64,000 nt of DNA, from contig CM082595.2 of assembly GCA_040954595.2 (NCBI GenBank), positions 9,723,918 to 9,787,917 on the forward strand, in the 5' to 3' direction. The DNA comes from Balanoglossus misakiensis (taxonomy: Eukaryota; Animalia; Hemichordata). Made by a program: the position numbers and the translations under genes. Shown piece after piece: positions 48,501-58,569 of this stretch (the first letter of the stretch is position 1; every line of letters begins with the position of its first letter). Below the pieces are notes generated by a model. It had not been told where the DNA came from. It ran no database searches and saw nothing but the letters and a program-made list of their open reading frames with translations.

Positions 48501-51089
48501 TGTACTTGGGTCGGTGGAATGCCTGCATGCAGCAATTTCGTGATGGCTGTTTTTCTCATGCTGTGATTGGTTTTTTTTCCCTCTGATGCCTGCTTTATCG
48601 CTCATACTTTGGATGACTGTTGCCAACTTATTCTTTCCCATAGGGGATTTCTTAAACCATATGGTTGATGAGGGCGAATAATTGATTGCCAAGTAGAAGG
48701 GGCTGTCTGGGGTATTCATCTCAACGGGGCGACGATTAGCGAACTCCTTGTATGTGGCTATGGGACATGTGTCTGGCTTCTCGGGAGTTGCGAAGATTTT
48801 GGGGTTGAAGGGTCGTGGTTTTGCACCAGCCTGTCCAAATCTGGTCTTAGTCTCCCTTTCATTGAATTCGATATATTCTTTGTGGTCGGCCGTCTTTTTG
48901 AGCTTGATATCCCCCCATTTCAATTCCCGGTTTTCTTGGCCACCGCGAAAGCCCAACATCTTGGTGTTGTTCATCCAAACTGCGTTGAACAACGCTTCGG
49001 GAGTCGATCGACCGACAAATCCTCGTTCAATTAAAAGTTGTTCTTCTTCATCTGTAAGCACTTCGGCAGCTTGTGGCTTATTTCCCCGTCCCTGTTTTTT
49101 TAGTTCAACTCTTTTTGCTGAGAGGCATTTTCGGGAGCGTTGGAATTCATTGTCACGGATGATGGAGACCGGGTAACCGTTGTCCTGCAGATAACGCTCG
49201 ATTCCCCGCTGATAGCTCGTCAAAGTATCGGGTTCATACTGCTCACCATTTTTCTGCCTGGCTCCAACAAAATATGCAGCAAGGTGGCTATCCAGATCTT
49301 GGGGTGGCATATCAACTATACGACGAGTTTCTGTTGGGCGCATACTCGACAACCATTCCTGAAACTGCTTCACTGCCGTGTTCGTACTCCTTACGGTATT
49401 CTTCTTTTTTTGCTGGTCCACAAAGTCGTCCAAATCGCCATCATTAAATTCCACATACCGATTTTGATTTTGCTGTTGTTGCTGATTTTGTTCGGGTACA
49501 GCAGTATCAGTTTCATCTTGACACAATAACTCAGCAAGTTGGAAAATTTCCTGCATCTCCGGGTCATTGAATGCTTCCATTGCGATGTCTATTTAGGAAG
49601 TGAGTAAATTTTGCCGTAGGCATCCACTTTTTATTGACCGGGTTTTCATTTTAGTGTTGAATTGTTTTTAAAACGTAACCATAAAAAATGTAGTTGTTTA
49701 TTTTACTGAAAACTACAAAAAAAAGTCTGAAGAAGGTATAATTGTGAAAATTTTCGGGTTATCTTTATTTGGTAAACGACCGTAATGAACGTAAACAGAC
49801 CGGTCACCTGGACAACTGCTCGCGCGCGTGACGCACAGTGTTGACGTGACGTTGTCATATTTTTTCTACGTGTGTAACTAATAATCGTTTGTTTTCCAAA
49901 TCAATCACCAAGATAAATCCTTTATTTATAAGACATGTCCGTGGCCATCAGAACCCCATGAATTTCGATGTTGACTACCGGTATGTCAAATCTCATGAAA
50001 CCGGGCCCTGTATCGGGTTATGTTTGTTTACATTTTAAGGTCGCCATTTTCATGAACATAGTTCCGGGTATAAGCGCAAGAAATGATGACGTTTAGTGTG
50101 AAATATCACCGGTGATATTTCACACTAAACGTGGTGATATTCACGTTAAACGTCACTAGGAGGAGGTGATATCAGCATGAGCATATGATAAGGCTATTTA
50201 CCAACAGGTGTGCATGGTGAACCAGAGTAACCAATTGGGCACCTGGTACTTCCACAAGCTGATGGCTGGATTTTGACCACACTACCCAATAACTCTTGAT
50301 CCATTTCAACCCACATGACATGATTGCCAAGTGGACTTTGTGAACAGTTCAAAGCCAGACTCTGGATTTCAACAGGAGTCAATACATAATCGTATACATT
50401 CATCTGTGTAACATCACCATGGAAGCTAAAATAGTTGTCAAGGAGTCCATTTTCGTCATAGCTTTGACCAAGAATTACCATACAGCTGTTGAAAAACAAG
50501 AGAATAATGAATTCAGTAAAAGTGCTGGTAAGAAGTTGTCAAAAATAAACTGTGAAAATCAGTATCGTTCCGCATAAGTTTGAATTTGAAAGTGCCACGA
50601 AGATAGCTTTGCTGATGTCCATAGTTTGCTCCCTTGATTTTTTTGGCCAGTTTTGTTGTAAGTCGCAACATGTTATGATGATATTGTATTGTCATGTAGG
50701 AGTAAGACAAGCTACCTAGCAGATAAGTTATAAACAAGATAACTGCTTCACAAATAAATGGTTCACTTCTCTTGAGGCTTGGGAAAACTTGACAGTATAG
50801 GAAAATATAGAATTTTAACATGTGATGATGACAATTTTCTATGGCTTTGTAGGAGTTAAAAATGTTCGGAGTTCCACTAGCAACTTACTTTTCTGAGTCA
50901 GCGATACCTGTCCAGGATGGAAGGGGTGATGTTACTGCAACACCATTCAAGTAAACTGCCACAATGCCTTCTTCAATTACCATGACAACATTATGCCACG
51001 AGTTGTCATCAACTGATACGGTTACACCATTTGTACTGACAGATAGACTTCTGTCCAGGACAAGAAGGGTACTATCAACTTGGGTTAAG
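39324..51089 (-). CDS. 3' part (15 exons) of an uninflatable/SVEP1-like single-pass membrane protein gene: pentraxin/LamG, HYR, sushi, furin-site region, four GCC2/GCC3 (ephrin-receptor-like) exons, two EGF, TM, cytoplasmic tail
   Basis: Exons read by hand: 50889-51089, 50202-50485, 46665-46805, 45865-45960, 44673-44865 (damaged), 44017-44269, 43300-43448, 42544-42705, 42122-42283, 41710-41877, 41411-41572, 40719-40841, about 40297-40425, 39941-40029, 39324-39588; GT-AG boundaries and phases mostly consistent. 5' exons not found in window. Confidence 0.85.
39941..40029 (-). CDS. Transmembrane exon
   Basis: IPPAVIIGGVAGGLAAVLVLGVIMLLMYQR between cttacag and gtaagt. Confidence 0.85.
40297..40425 (-). 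CDS. EGF-like exon (donor position uncertain)
   Basis: DKCEGFCSNNAVCIKDSDGNPVCECTDEYQGETC. Confidence 0.85.
40719..40841 (-). CDS. Calcium-binding EGF exon
   Basis: DAHECRLGLDDCHPNATCRNLVPGYECTCKTGFTGDGITCT; 123 nt, phase 1-1; not in ORF track. Confidence 0.88.
41411..41572 (-). CDS. GCC2/GCC3 (ephrin-receptor-like) Cys-rich repeat exon
   Basis: YCNVGWYLNQESYRCEKCPVGTYNFEFNQDACQPCPTGYTTGREGALYETEC; 162 nt, phase 1-1. Confidence 0.88.
41710..41877 (-). CDS. GCC2/GCC3 Cys-rich repeat exon
   Basis: CESCPMGTYQSNAELQPSCMPCPFGFTTRTVGSTLSEDC; 168 nt. Confidence 0.88.
42122..42283 (-). CDS. GCC2/GCC3 Cys-rich repeat exon
   Basis: CDVGHYFDNGTSQCQSCPIGFWQSEEGKFVCNTCPKGMLTLVEGATDESQC; 162 nt. Confidence 0.88.
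42544..42705 (-). CDS. GCC2/GCC3 Cys-rich repeat exon
   Basis: CPEGSYHDTELSQCHPCAIGYYQPLEGQTACNACPNNGVTRGKRSLSILQC; 162 nt. Confidence 0.88.
43300..43448 (-). CDS. Linker exon preceding GCC2/GCC3 repeats
   Basis: SADAAAVVIEDAVKNG...IFCSNGSVLVGEEC; ag/gtgagt boundaries, phases 2 and 1 fit neighbours. Confidence 0.78.
44017..44269 (-). CDS. Exon with furin-type RRKR site
   Basis: ICGGECNFDDLEITCGASNRRKRQADTQLVVQFSF; gtgagt donor. Confidence 0.8.
44673..44865 (-). pseudogene. Damaged sushi/CCP-like exon (acceptor AT instead of AG; internal frameshift)
   Basis: PFDCEKPAPPVKGISICNEFESGVFCQVDCLPGYKFA then a different frame PYYLCHSEGSFNP...FPGCS; 193 nt between phase-1 boundaries. Confidence 0.75.
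45865..45960 (-). CDS. HYR domain, second half
   Basis: GDTFSWGTYQISYVASDTAGNNAQCNFLLYVL; ttacag/gtgagt. Confidence 0.88.
46665..46805 (-). CDS. HYR domain, first half
   Basis: DKHAPEVIYCPNTTRIISPNSLTTGVWQEPIFTDDVAIANVTQTYTM; ttcag/gtaagt. Confidence 0.88.
47106..47210. repeat. (GAT/GGT)n microsatellite
   Basis: Direct reading; source of the spurious poly-His ORF. Confidence 0.95.
47545..47697 (+). repeat. 153-bp imperfect hairpin with GAA triloop
   Basis: ggttatcgccccatatcacctcttgttggg...cacacgagtc-GAA-gacgagtgtg...cccaacaagaggtgatatggggcgataacc. Confidence 0.95.
48155..49580 (-). CDS. Tyrosine recombinase of the DUF3504 (Crypton / KIAA1958-ZMYM-QRICH1-related) type; one-base frameshift at the A8 run 48571-48578
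   Basis: KKNTVRSTNTAVKQF, GEQYEPDTLTSYQRGIERYL, GFRGGQENRELKWGD, ERETKT, CPIATY, PMGKNKL, then after removing one A: KKTNHSMRKTAITKL..QLSGHSQLQSVNNY (R-K-HxxR-H-Y catalytic set). Confidence 0.9.
50091..50130. repeat. Perfect 40-bp palindrome near the 5' end of the YR element
   Basis: gtttagtgtgaaatatcaccggtgatatttcacactaaac. Confidence 0.93.
50202..50485 (-). CDS. Pentraxin/LamG C-terminal exon
   Basis: CMVILGQSYD...SFHGDVTQMNVYDYVLTPVEIQSLALNC...GNHVMW...CPIGYSGSPC. Confidence 0.88.
50889..51089 (-). CDS. Pentraxin/LamG middle exon
   Basis: VDDNSWHNVVMVIEEGIVAVYLNG; phase-2 gtaagt donor fits the next exon. Confidence 0.85.
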
Positions 51090-51383
51090 CTGCCAAGAAA
51101 TTCAAAACAGAGATTAGACATAAATCGGTGCATCAGCTGGTACTTTTGGGAAATTATCACACTTTTTTCAAACTGCACCACCTTTAGCCCATACAGAAGT
51201 ATGCACTGAACTATGTACAAGTATTATGAACCCTAAGTATGAGTGCATATGCAAGTTTAAACCAGACAAATAATAAATCTTCGCCGCAAAGGAATATGGT
51301 CGCCACCGTGAGAAAATGCAAAATACAATTAAACTTGCAAGCAGCGTTGGCTTGGCACAAGCGGTTCCCATGGTAACAAGCAA

Positions 51384-53270
51384 ATGCCAAGGCTGTATCT
51401 GCTGTGGATACCAAGATATTGGAAAGTAGGTCAAAGGTCACCTGAGGTCACCCCAAATTTGGGCAAAAAAATCAGACCCCATACTAGTCTAGGTCCAACA
51501 AAAACCAAACACCTAGCTCTATTGGTTCGCCTAGAATTAGGTATGCGCATAATTAATGAGGTCTTGTGTAAGACTCCATATCTGCTCCATCGGCCCTCCA
51601 AAAGCCAGGACTCTAACTGCTGTGGATGCTGAGATATGGGAAATTAGATCAAAGGTCATCCAAGGTCACCCAAAATTTGGGCATAAAATTTTGACCCCAG
51701 AGTGGGCCATGTCCAACTAAAACCAGACCTCTAGCCCTATTGGTTAGCCTGGAATTAGATATGCAGAAAAATGATGTTTCAGAAATAGGTCAAGGGTCAT
51801 TGCCAAAATTACCAAAATAGTTGTGTCATGTCCTGGCAGCATTGGTACCCATGTCCACAAAATTCATGACTGTGGTGCTTTTACAAGAGGAGGTATGGGG
51901 ATATGCATATATAATTAGTTGTTTTAAAACTGGGTCAAAGGTCATGTCAAAATTGCCCCGAAAAATTGTAACAACTTCCGGTCATATGATGACTCATATC
52001 CAAAAAAAAGAATTTACGTGCTGTCAACATTTTGGCTACAAAACAGAATTTTCATTTTTCAATGGTTTTCCGAAAATCCAACATGGCCGCCATAATGATC
52101 AACCAATCACAGTGCGCTTCGCAAACTTGATAAACATAGGTTAGGTGACCACATACCCCGAATCCTGTGACTCGGCAATCGCTGGTTCTGGAGAAGAAGA
52201 TTTTTAAAGTTTTAAGTAGTTTTTCAGAAAAACAATTGTAGCAAAATGATGGACAGAAGGTAGGCTACCTGTACACCAAATTTGAACTCGATCGGCCCAG
52301 TAGTTTTTGAGAAGGACTCGTTTAACGATTGTCAGGAAATGCAATATGGCCGCCAGGTCACGTGACTAATTAAATATTCACGAGCCACTGCACGTCTACT
52401 CATTGGCCCCTATCACCCTACCAAGTTTCAGCCCCCAAGGTGCAGCGGTTTTCAAGATCTACCTGGCCGAATTTCTCGGAAGAAGAAGAAGAAGAAGAAG
52501 AATTAAAGCTGCGAGCAGCATTGTTGGGCCCAAGCGCTGATCTTGAATTATATATGCACAGTATGAATGAGAAGAAACAGAATTTTCTATCGGATGTATT
52601 ATCTCATGACATAACAAGGATGTGTGTATTTTTGCTGCTGAAATAGGGTGAAGTAGGTCAAAGGTCACCTGAGGTCACCCAACATTTGGGCAATTTTTTT
52701 TTACCCATACTTTTGACCCCAGAGTGGGCCATGTCCAACAAAAACCAAAACTCTAGCTCTATTGGTTCGCCTGTAATTAGGTATGTGCATAATTAATGAG
52801 GTCAGCAGAGGTCAAAGGGGTCATGAAAAGTAGCAAAATATTTTGATCACACACTAATCCACATTCATCAAAAACCAAACCTCTAGCCCTATAGGTTAGC
52901 CTGGAATTAGATATGCAGAAATAATAACGCGTGATAATTAGGTCAAAGGTCATGTGAAAAATCGCCAAAAAATTGTTATATATTTTAGTCACATGACGAT
53001 TGATATCCATAAAAAGAATTTGTATGCTATCAATTTTTGGACTAGAAAAAGGAATTTCAATTTTTCTCTGTTTTTTACAAAATCCAATATGGCCGCCATA
53101 ATCTTCGACCAATCACAATGCTCTTTGCAAACTTGATAGACATCAGTGTAGTGACCATACTCCCCGAATCTTGCGACTCAGTCATCGCTCGTTCTGGAGA
53201 AGAAGATTTTTGGAGTTTAACTATGGTTTTACAAAAAAACAATAAACCCGCTGTACCTCCGCATGTCTCC
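51384..53270 (+). repeat. Two related non-autonomous repeat copies with internal AGGTCAAAGGTCA subrepeats and a (GAA)n tract; possibly Helentron-associated
   Basis: aggtcaaaggtcacctgaggtcaccc at about 51428 and 52655; 52075-52210 parallels 53082-53218; (gaa)n at 52479-52502. Family assignment is inference. Confidence 0.55.
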
Positions 53271-53574
53271 ACAAGAGCTAGGAGCTCAAAATCGAACGGA
53301 CGCAGACCAGCGGTCTGTCAGGTGTAGTAACCGTAACACCAATAAAGGTAGGTTTTCATTGATTCTAATAGGTCTCCGTTCATCAACATTTCAAATATTC
53401 TCCATAATCCAGTAGTTGCCACTGTACTTGAATGAAATATTTCCTTTCAAACTTCCAAATGGTAACCGAATCTCAAATCGCAAATCTTTCCATTTTAATA
53501 ACGAAGTCGGATGCCGAAATTACCAACTCACTTTTTCTATCGGACTCCATCATTCTAATACTTTACTTCAATGT

Positions 53575-53955
53575 TCAAAAATTGTGTAAAGCAATATCCA
53601 CTCTCAATCTATATTTCAGGTTTAACGGCGTAATGGCATCCCCGGCCTTTGCTCTATCATAGAGGCAAATGGTATTATCTCTTCCAGTGGAAAAGTTGCG
53701 GAGCTGTACGTATTCTCCCTTCTGTAATCTGTTCAGCCACTTCGGATTTTCTTTCGAGAATTTAAGTTGCAGAACGTTGCCATCGTGCTGCATACAAGGC
53801 ACGCTAAACAGTTTCCCGTTGGCGGAATTCCGGATCTCGACATCCTCCATGACGCGCAATTTCACAGCCATGCCTTGGCTGGTTGCAGATGATGGAGCTA
53901 AGGTATGTAACAATCGCACCCCGAAACGCCTGGGCCCTTTTTTGTGTGTAGTCAT
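53575..53955 (-). other. 126-aa ORF of unknown function, weakly OB-fold-like
   Basis: Complex, protein-like sequence (LQLKFSKENPKWLNRLQKGEYVQLRNFS...ICLYDRAK); no confident family. Confidence 0.3.
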
Positions 53956-56301
53956 TGTGGGTATGTTAACCTCCCATGTCCTACATTTTTAGAAATTTAG
54001 TATACAAAACTGGATGACCGATTATGTTTTAGAGACCTTTCCCGAATCCACCTGAAGCCCAGTCGGAATGTCTTGGGATGTAACCTAAATTCAATATGGC
54101 CGCCTCCATGCGTTCACTTGCATTTGAAAATACGTTGATTTTATCGTCGATTAGCGGTGTTTATTCTCAGTATCAATTTAAACGCGGCACTCGCTCACAA
54201 GTCATATTCTAGAAAGAAAGAAAAAATGATAGTTTCGAGTACAGATTACATGTATTTTAAAACGAGGTTTGGTAACAATGGTATCACTACTAAATGACTT
54301 ACAATCGATGTTTTTAATTGTCTTTGCACCACAGTATGAATCCGGTGATGGTAAATCGCATTCAACTTAGAAGGCATGGAGAAAGCGCAACTGATGGTAA
54401 CTGGGATGCCAAACTGAAACTTTTGGGAGAGAAAACCTTGCCATGTATGGACGTGGGTGTCACAGTTAAACTTGGGTTAAATACTACAGCGACAACCGAA
54501 GTCCCGTTGAGATATGATATGTGGTAGTGCATGTCCACATGAGTGCCGTGTACTAGCCTCTCTCTCTGTAAATCCATCCAGGCTACTGCTTTCTGTACAT
54601 TGGAGAGAAATGAGAACAAGATGGTTAAATCATATTTTGTATAAGTTGGTGTTGACGAAAATAAGATGCATGTGAATTGTAGGACTGAAATGTTTCTGTA
54701 ATGAATACTAAATTAAAAGTTCACAACTTGCATGCAGATAGTAAGTGCTGGGGAAGTTGCAGGGTGGAGATTGCTTTGGTTTAGTTAACTTACTCAATCT
54801 TTGTGACTGTTGCATTTCTTGATTGATAGAGTAGTGTACATGCATTGGCAGGTTTTCTAATATGGCCTCCTCTGTACCCAAGGTCTGGCATAAGGTGGGA
54901 CACTGTAAGTATTTGCCGTCTGACACAGAAGATGCCACTTCTAGAAAAAAATAAAAAGGACAGAATGTGATTGGTAAGACACAGAGACGTGAACATGTAC
55001 ACAAAATGATAGGAAATTGGTGGAAGCAAGTACTGCAGTTAATACTTACTCATCTATGTCTATTCCCTCAAATATCCCTTCTACCATATCATCACCATTT
55101 GGTTCTTTTAACACCTTAGGGAAAAATTGAGAGTTACATTAGAAGCACCGACAATAGGAGGGGGGGGGGGTAAGATTTGCAGAGAACAGGTTTTTTTTAT
55201 GAACATTTGTGAAAATCAGAAATTAGTGACATGTAGGATTTCAATTTTATGATGTAACATTGTTTTCTTTTCAACATCAGGTCTCTGAGTAAAAAGATGG
55301 CCATGTAAATTTTCTCTAAGTTTGTTAGAGAAATAAAGTACATGTACAACTTTAGTGTTTCACTAATTGAGTTTCAGTGTTCTTGTATTGTCTCCTTTGC
55401 CCCATGTCAACCTCAAAGTAAATATCAAATTTGCCATTTTTGACTTATTTGTCCTTGTAGTGGGCCACATAGCATTTTAGTGCAACTTATGAAAATCTGA
55501 AGAACCAAATGCCTAATTTACCCACTCTGCACAGATTTATTTCAATGGTACTGACTTGATGATCGGTATAGCGCCCTCTGTGGTAGGGGGTGGGGGTTAA
55601 CCTAGCCTTTATATGTTTATCCCTGTCCGGTTCCATTCCAATTGTATCTATGGTAACCTTATTATCAGCAGTAAATGCCACAATTGTAAAACAGCAATAA
55701 TTTTAGTATCAAGCACTCTGTGGAATTAAATATACCCTGTGTATTCTTTGTTTCCCATTAGTAATCATGCAACTTTGCCATTTTGGGCCTTCTGATTTGC
55801 TGTATGTGCTCACTAGTCCTTCCCAACGTCTCTGAATTAGAAGGCCATTGTCATTTGTATAGTGTAGACACATTTCATTTTAGTACAACTGATGAAAGTC
55901 TCGTGAAAAACCAAATGCTTAATTTACCCACTGTGCAAAGATTATCTGAATGATATTGTGTTGATCGTCATATAGTATAGCGCCCTCTGCGATAGTATTT
56001 GGATGATTGTGCCAGGGAGAAGGGGGTACTGAGGGAGCAGATGCAGATGACAGCAAGGCATATCCACTGAACAATGAGACGGTACGTGTTGTCAGCATTC
56101 GGGGAGAGTAAAAAGGGGAGCGCAAGAGACCAGGATGAAGAGACGAGCAGTATTGCATCATCTGTGGAAAAAAATGCCAAGAGAAGGTAAGTGTGGAAGA
56201 CAAGCACTTAGGGGTTATAAACAAATGTTTTTTTGTGGACAGTTTTAGTATCAAGCATTGTGGAATTAAATATACACAGTGTGTGTTGTGTGTTAGATAG
56301 G

Positions 56302-56309
56302 TACATACA

Positions 56310-56343
<34 letters not shown>

Positions 56344-56455
56344 CATACATACATACATTCATACATACATACATACATGCATGCATACATAGATACATAG
56401 ATACATACATACATACATACATACATACATACATACATACATACATACATACATG
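56302..56455. repeat. (TACA)n microsatellite
   Basis: Direct reading. Confidence 0.97.
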
Positions 56456-57713
56456 CATGCGCCCTGTATTGACCAAATACCGTCGTGCAAGCTCATGTAC
56501 AAGCTATTTCTTTATGCCTGAACAAAAATTGACCAAATTCTACTGTTTATTATGATTCATTCTTCGAAACAATTCATCTTCTTGCCATATTTTATTTGTT
56601 CATATAACACATTTTGAAGAAAAGTTGTACAAAGACTACAATATACTAATGGGCTATATTCTCAAAACAGATATATTACCACAAATACTACTAGGAATTG
56701 TGTAGTGGTTTCTTTCTCACTATAAGACATATGATATCTGATATCAACCATACAAACAATATCAATCTTCTTACACATATACATACATTCATACTTACAC
56801 AAAAAGCATAAAACTCCAATTTATTTTATATAGCCTTATATTAATGTATTTCAATTGTGAAAATAGACACACATACAAAAAAGAACAGAAAAAACAATCA
56901 CAGTATCTGGTTTATGAAATAAAAAAGACCAAACAAGCAATTACTTCCGAAATAACATATTCCACATTCTGTCACAAATTGAGCAAATTCCAGTAAAATC
57001 AACCCCAAGGACCTACACACTAAATTTCAAAGTAATTGTACAAAGAATTTAACTAAACACAATTAAAATTGATCAAAAATTACACATTTCACCACAATTT
57101 ACATAAACTCTACCAACTTCACCCTAGGAACCTGCATACTAAATTTCAAAGTAATTGGCCCCTTGGTTTCAGTAAAGAAAAGTGACAGACAGTGACACCA
57201 CTCACCCAATAAGACAATCACCCAATCTAATAAGCTCAACATAACTGACAACACAGCTAAACAGTTCACCGACAATATAAATACAATTGTGTACATTTCA
57301 CAAATGACAATATTAGCCTTTTAGTCACCTCTGACTCTAATGTAAAGTACATTATGGTAACTGTTCATTGAAATGTTTCTGGGAAATGTTTACTAAGGCT
57401 ATTTAATATCTTCTAGTTTTTTTTATAACACATGGTTTCTCTTGCAATTCCTCTTTCAGTAAACAGGATAAACTTTCTACACCATTACACTTATATGCTA
57501 CTGCCAAATGGAAGTAATCTAATCCTGTAGTAGCTATAAAGCAGCATTGTCAGGGCCCAAGCAACATGATGAAAAAAGGTGAAAGCACACGTTATAGTTA
57601 CTCAAACTTTTACCAGAAAATTTTGATAGATCATATTGGTTCACGTCCAAGCAAATCAGACTTCTAACCATATTGGTTAGCTTACAATTTGATAAGTATA
57701 TAAATTAAAGGGA

Positions 57714-57990
57714 CCCTTTTCCATTAATTATGTTTGATGCAAGACACCATTTATGTTAATGTACATGTGGATATATAGTGAATCAACATTCAACAACACA
57801 CACTGCTTGTAGACACGAGAGTGAAAAATCTTGCCAAAATGAATAATTGGTCTTTACCATTTATTCATTTTGGGCGAGTTTTTACTGTCATATCCTACAA
57901 ACGGGATGGAAGCTGTGTGTGGTCGAACGTTGATTCACTATATATCCACATTAACAGTCTCTTGTATCACACATAATTATTAAAAAAGGG
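57714..57990. mobile_element. Palindromic MITE-like repeat; half copies at about 40490-40645 and 42810-42965
   Basis: tgtggatatatagtgaatcaac versus gttgattcactatatatccaca; the latter with cataatta..aaaagggcagc also occurs in two introns. Confidence 0.75.
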
Positions 57991-58223
57991 CAGCAAAGAG
58001 ACTTTCTGCCTTTAATAAGCTAATAAAAGTGTTAGACTGCATTGGCTGCTCTATAATACCATATAGCAATGCAGTAACTCCTGTGGATGCCAATTTCTGA
58101 CTCTCTGTTATTTCTCACATGCATTTGTGAATTTTTATTGAAATAAAAAAACTGGTGTGTTGAATATGTCAGTGAGTGAATGTGCAATTGGACAGTGTGT
58201 TGGCAGTTAGTGGAGATAAAACA

Positions 58224-58297
58224 ATCCTCATGGTGTAATGGTTAACACACTTGTCACTTTGTGATAAGAGATCCTGGTTCGATTCCTGGTGGGGATG
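58224..58297 (+). pseudogene. tRNA-like sequence (tRNA-Gln-like pseudogene or SINE head)
   Basis: A box tggtgtaatgg, B box ggttcgattcc, acceptor stem atcctca/tggggat, D stem gtgt/acac; aberrant anticodon arm and T-stem mismatch. Confidence 0.65.
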
Positions 58298-58569
58298 ATG
58301 AAAAAAAGAGTCCATTAGCTGTGTGTTTGAGTATGAGTGTAATATATGTATGTACGTATTTATGCATGTATGTATGTAGCCAGCAAACATACAAAACATA
58401 TTGTGTATATTCAATTCCATACAGTGTTTGATAATAAATATGTTGCTGTTTTACAATTTGGCATTCACTGCTGATAATTAGGTTTCCATAGATACAAGCG
58501 GAATGCAATAGAAGAGGGATAACCATATACATGTATAGAAAAGGTAGGTTACCCCTTCCCCTATAATCC

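Larger units (their letters stand above)
47536..50191 (-). mobile_element. Crypton-like tyrosine-recombinase DNA transposon, apparently full length (about 2.65 kb), intronic
   Basis: Single YR ORF; ATAA at both ends (47536-47539, 50188-50191); 14-bp inverted repeat ttatcatatgctca (47701-47714) / tgagcatatgataa (50178-50191); terminal hairpin 47545-47697; CpG-rich relative to flanks. Confidence 0.82.

Noticed and set aside
48155-49580. Bacterial or phage integrase contamination, or a host ZMYM/KIAA1958 gene
   Set aside because: Motifs are DUF3504-type, it lies inside a spliceosomal intron, is intronless, lacks MYM fingers and has element-like termini.
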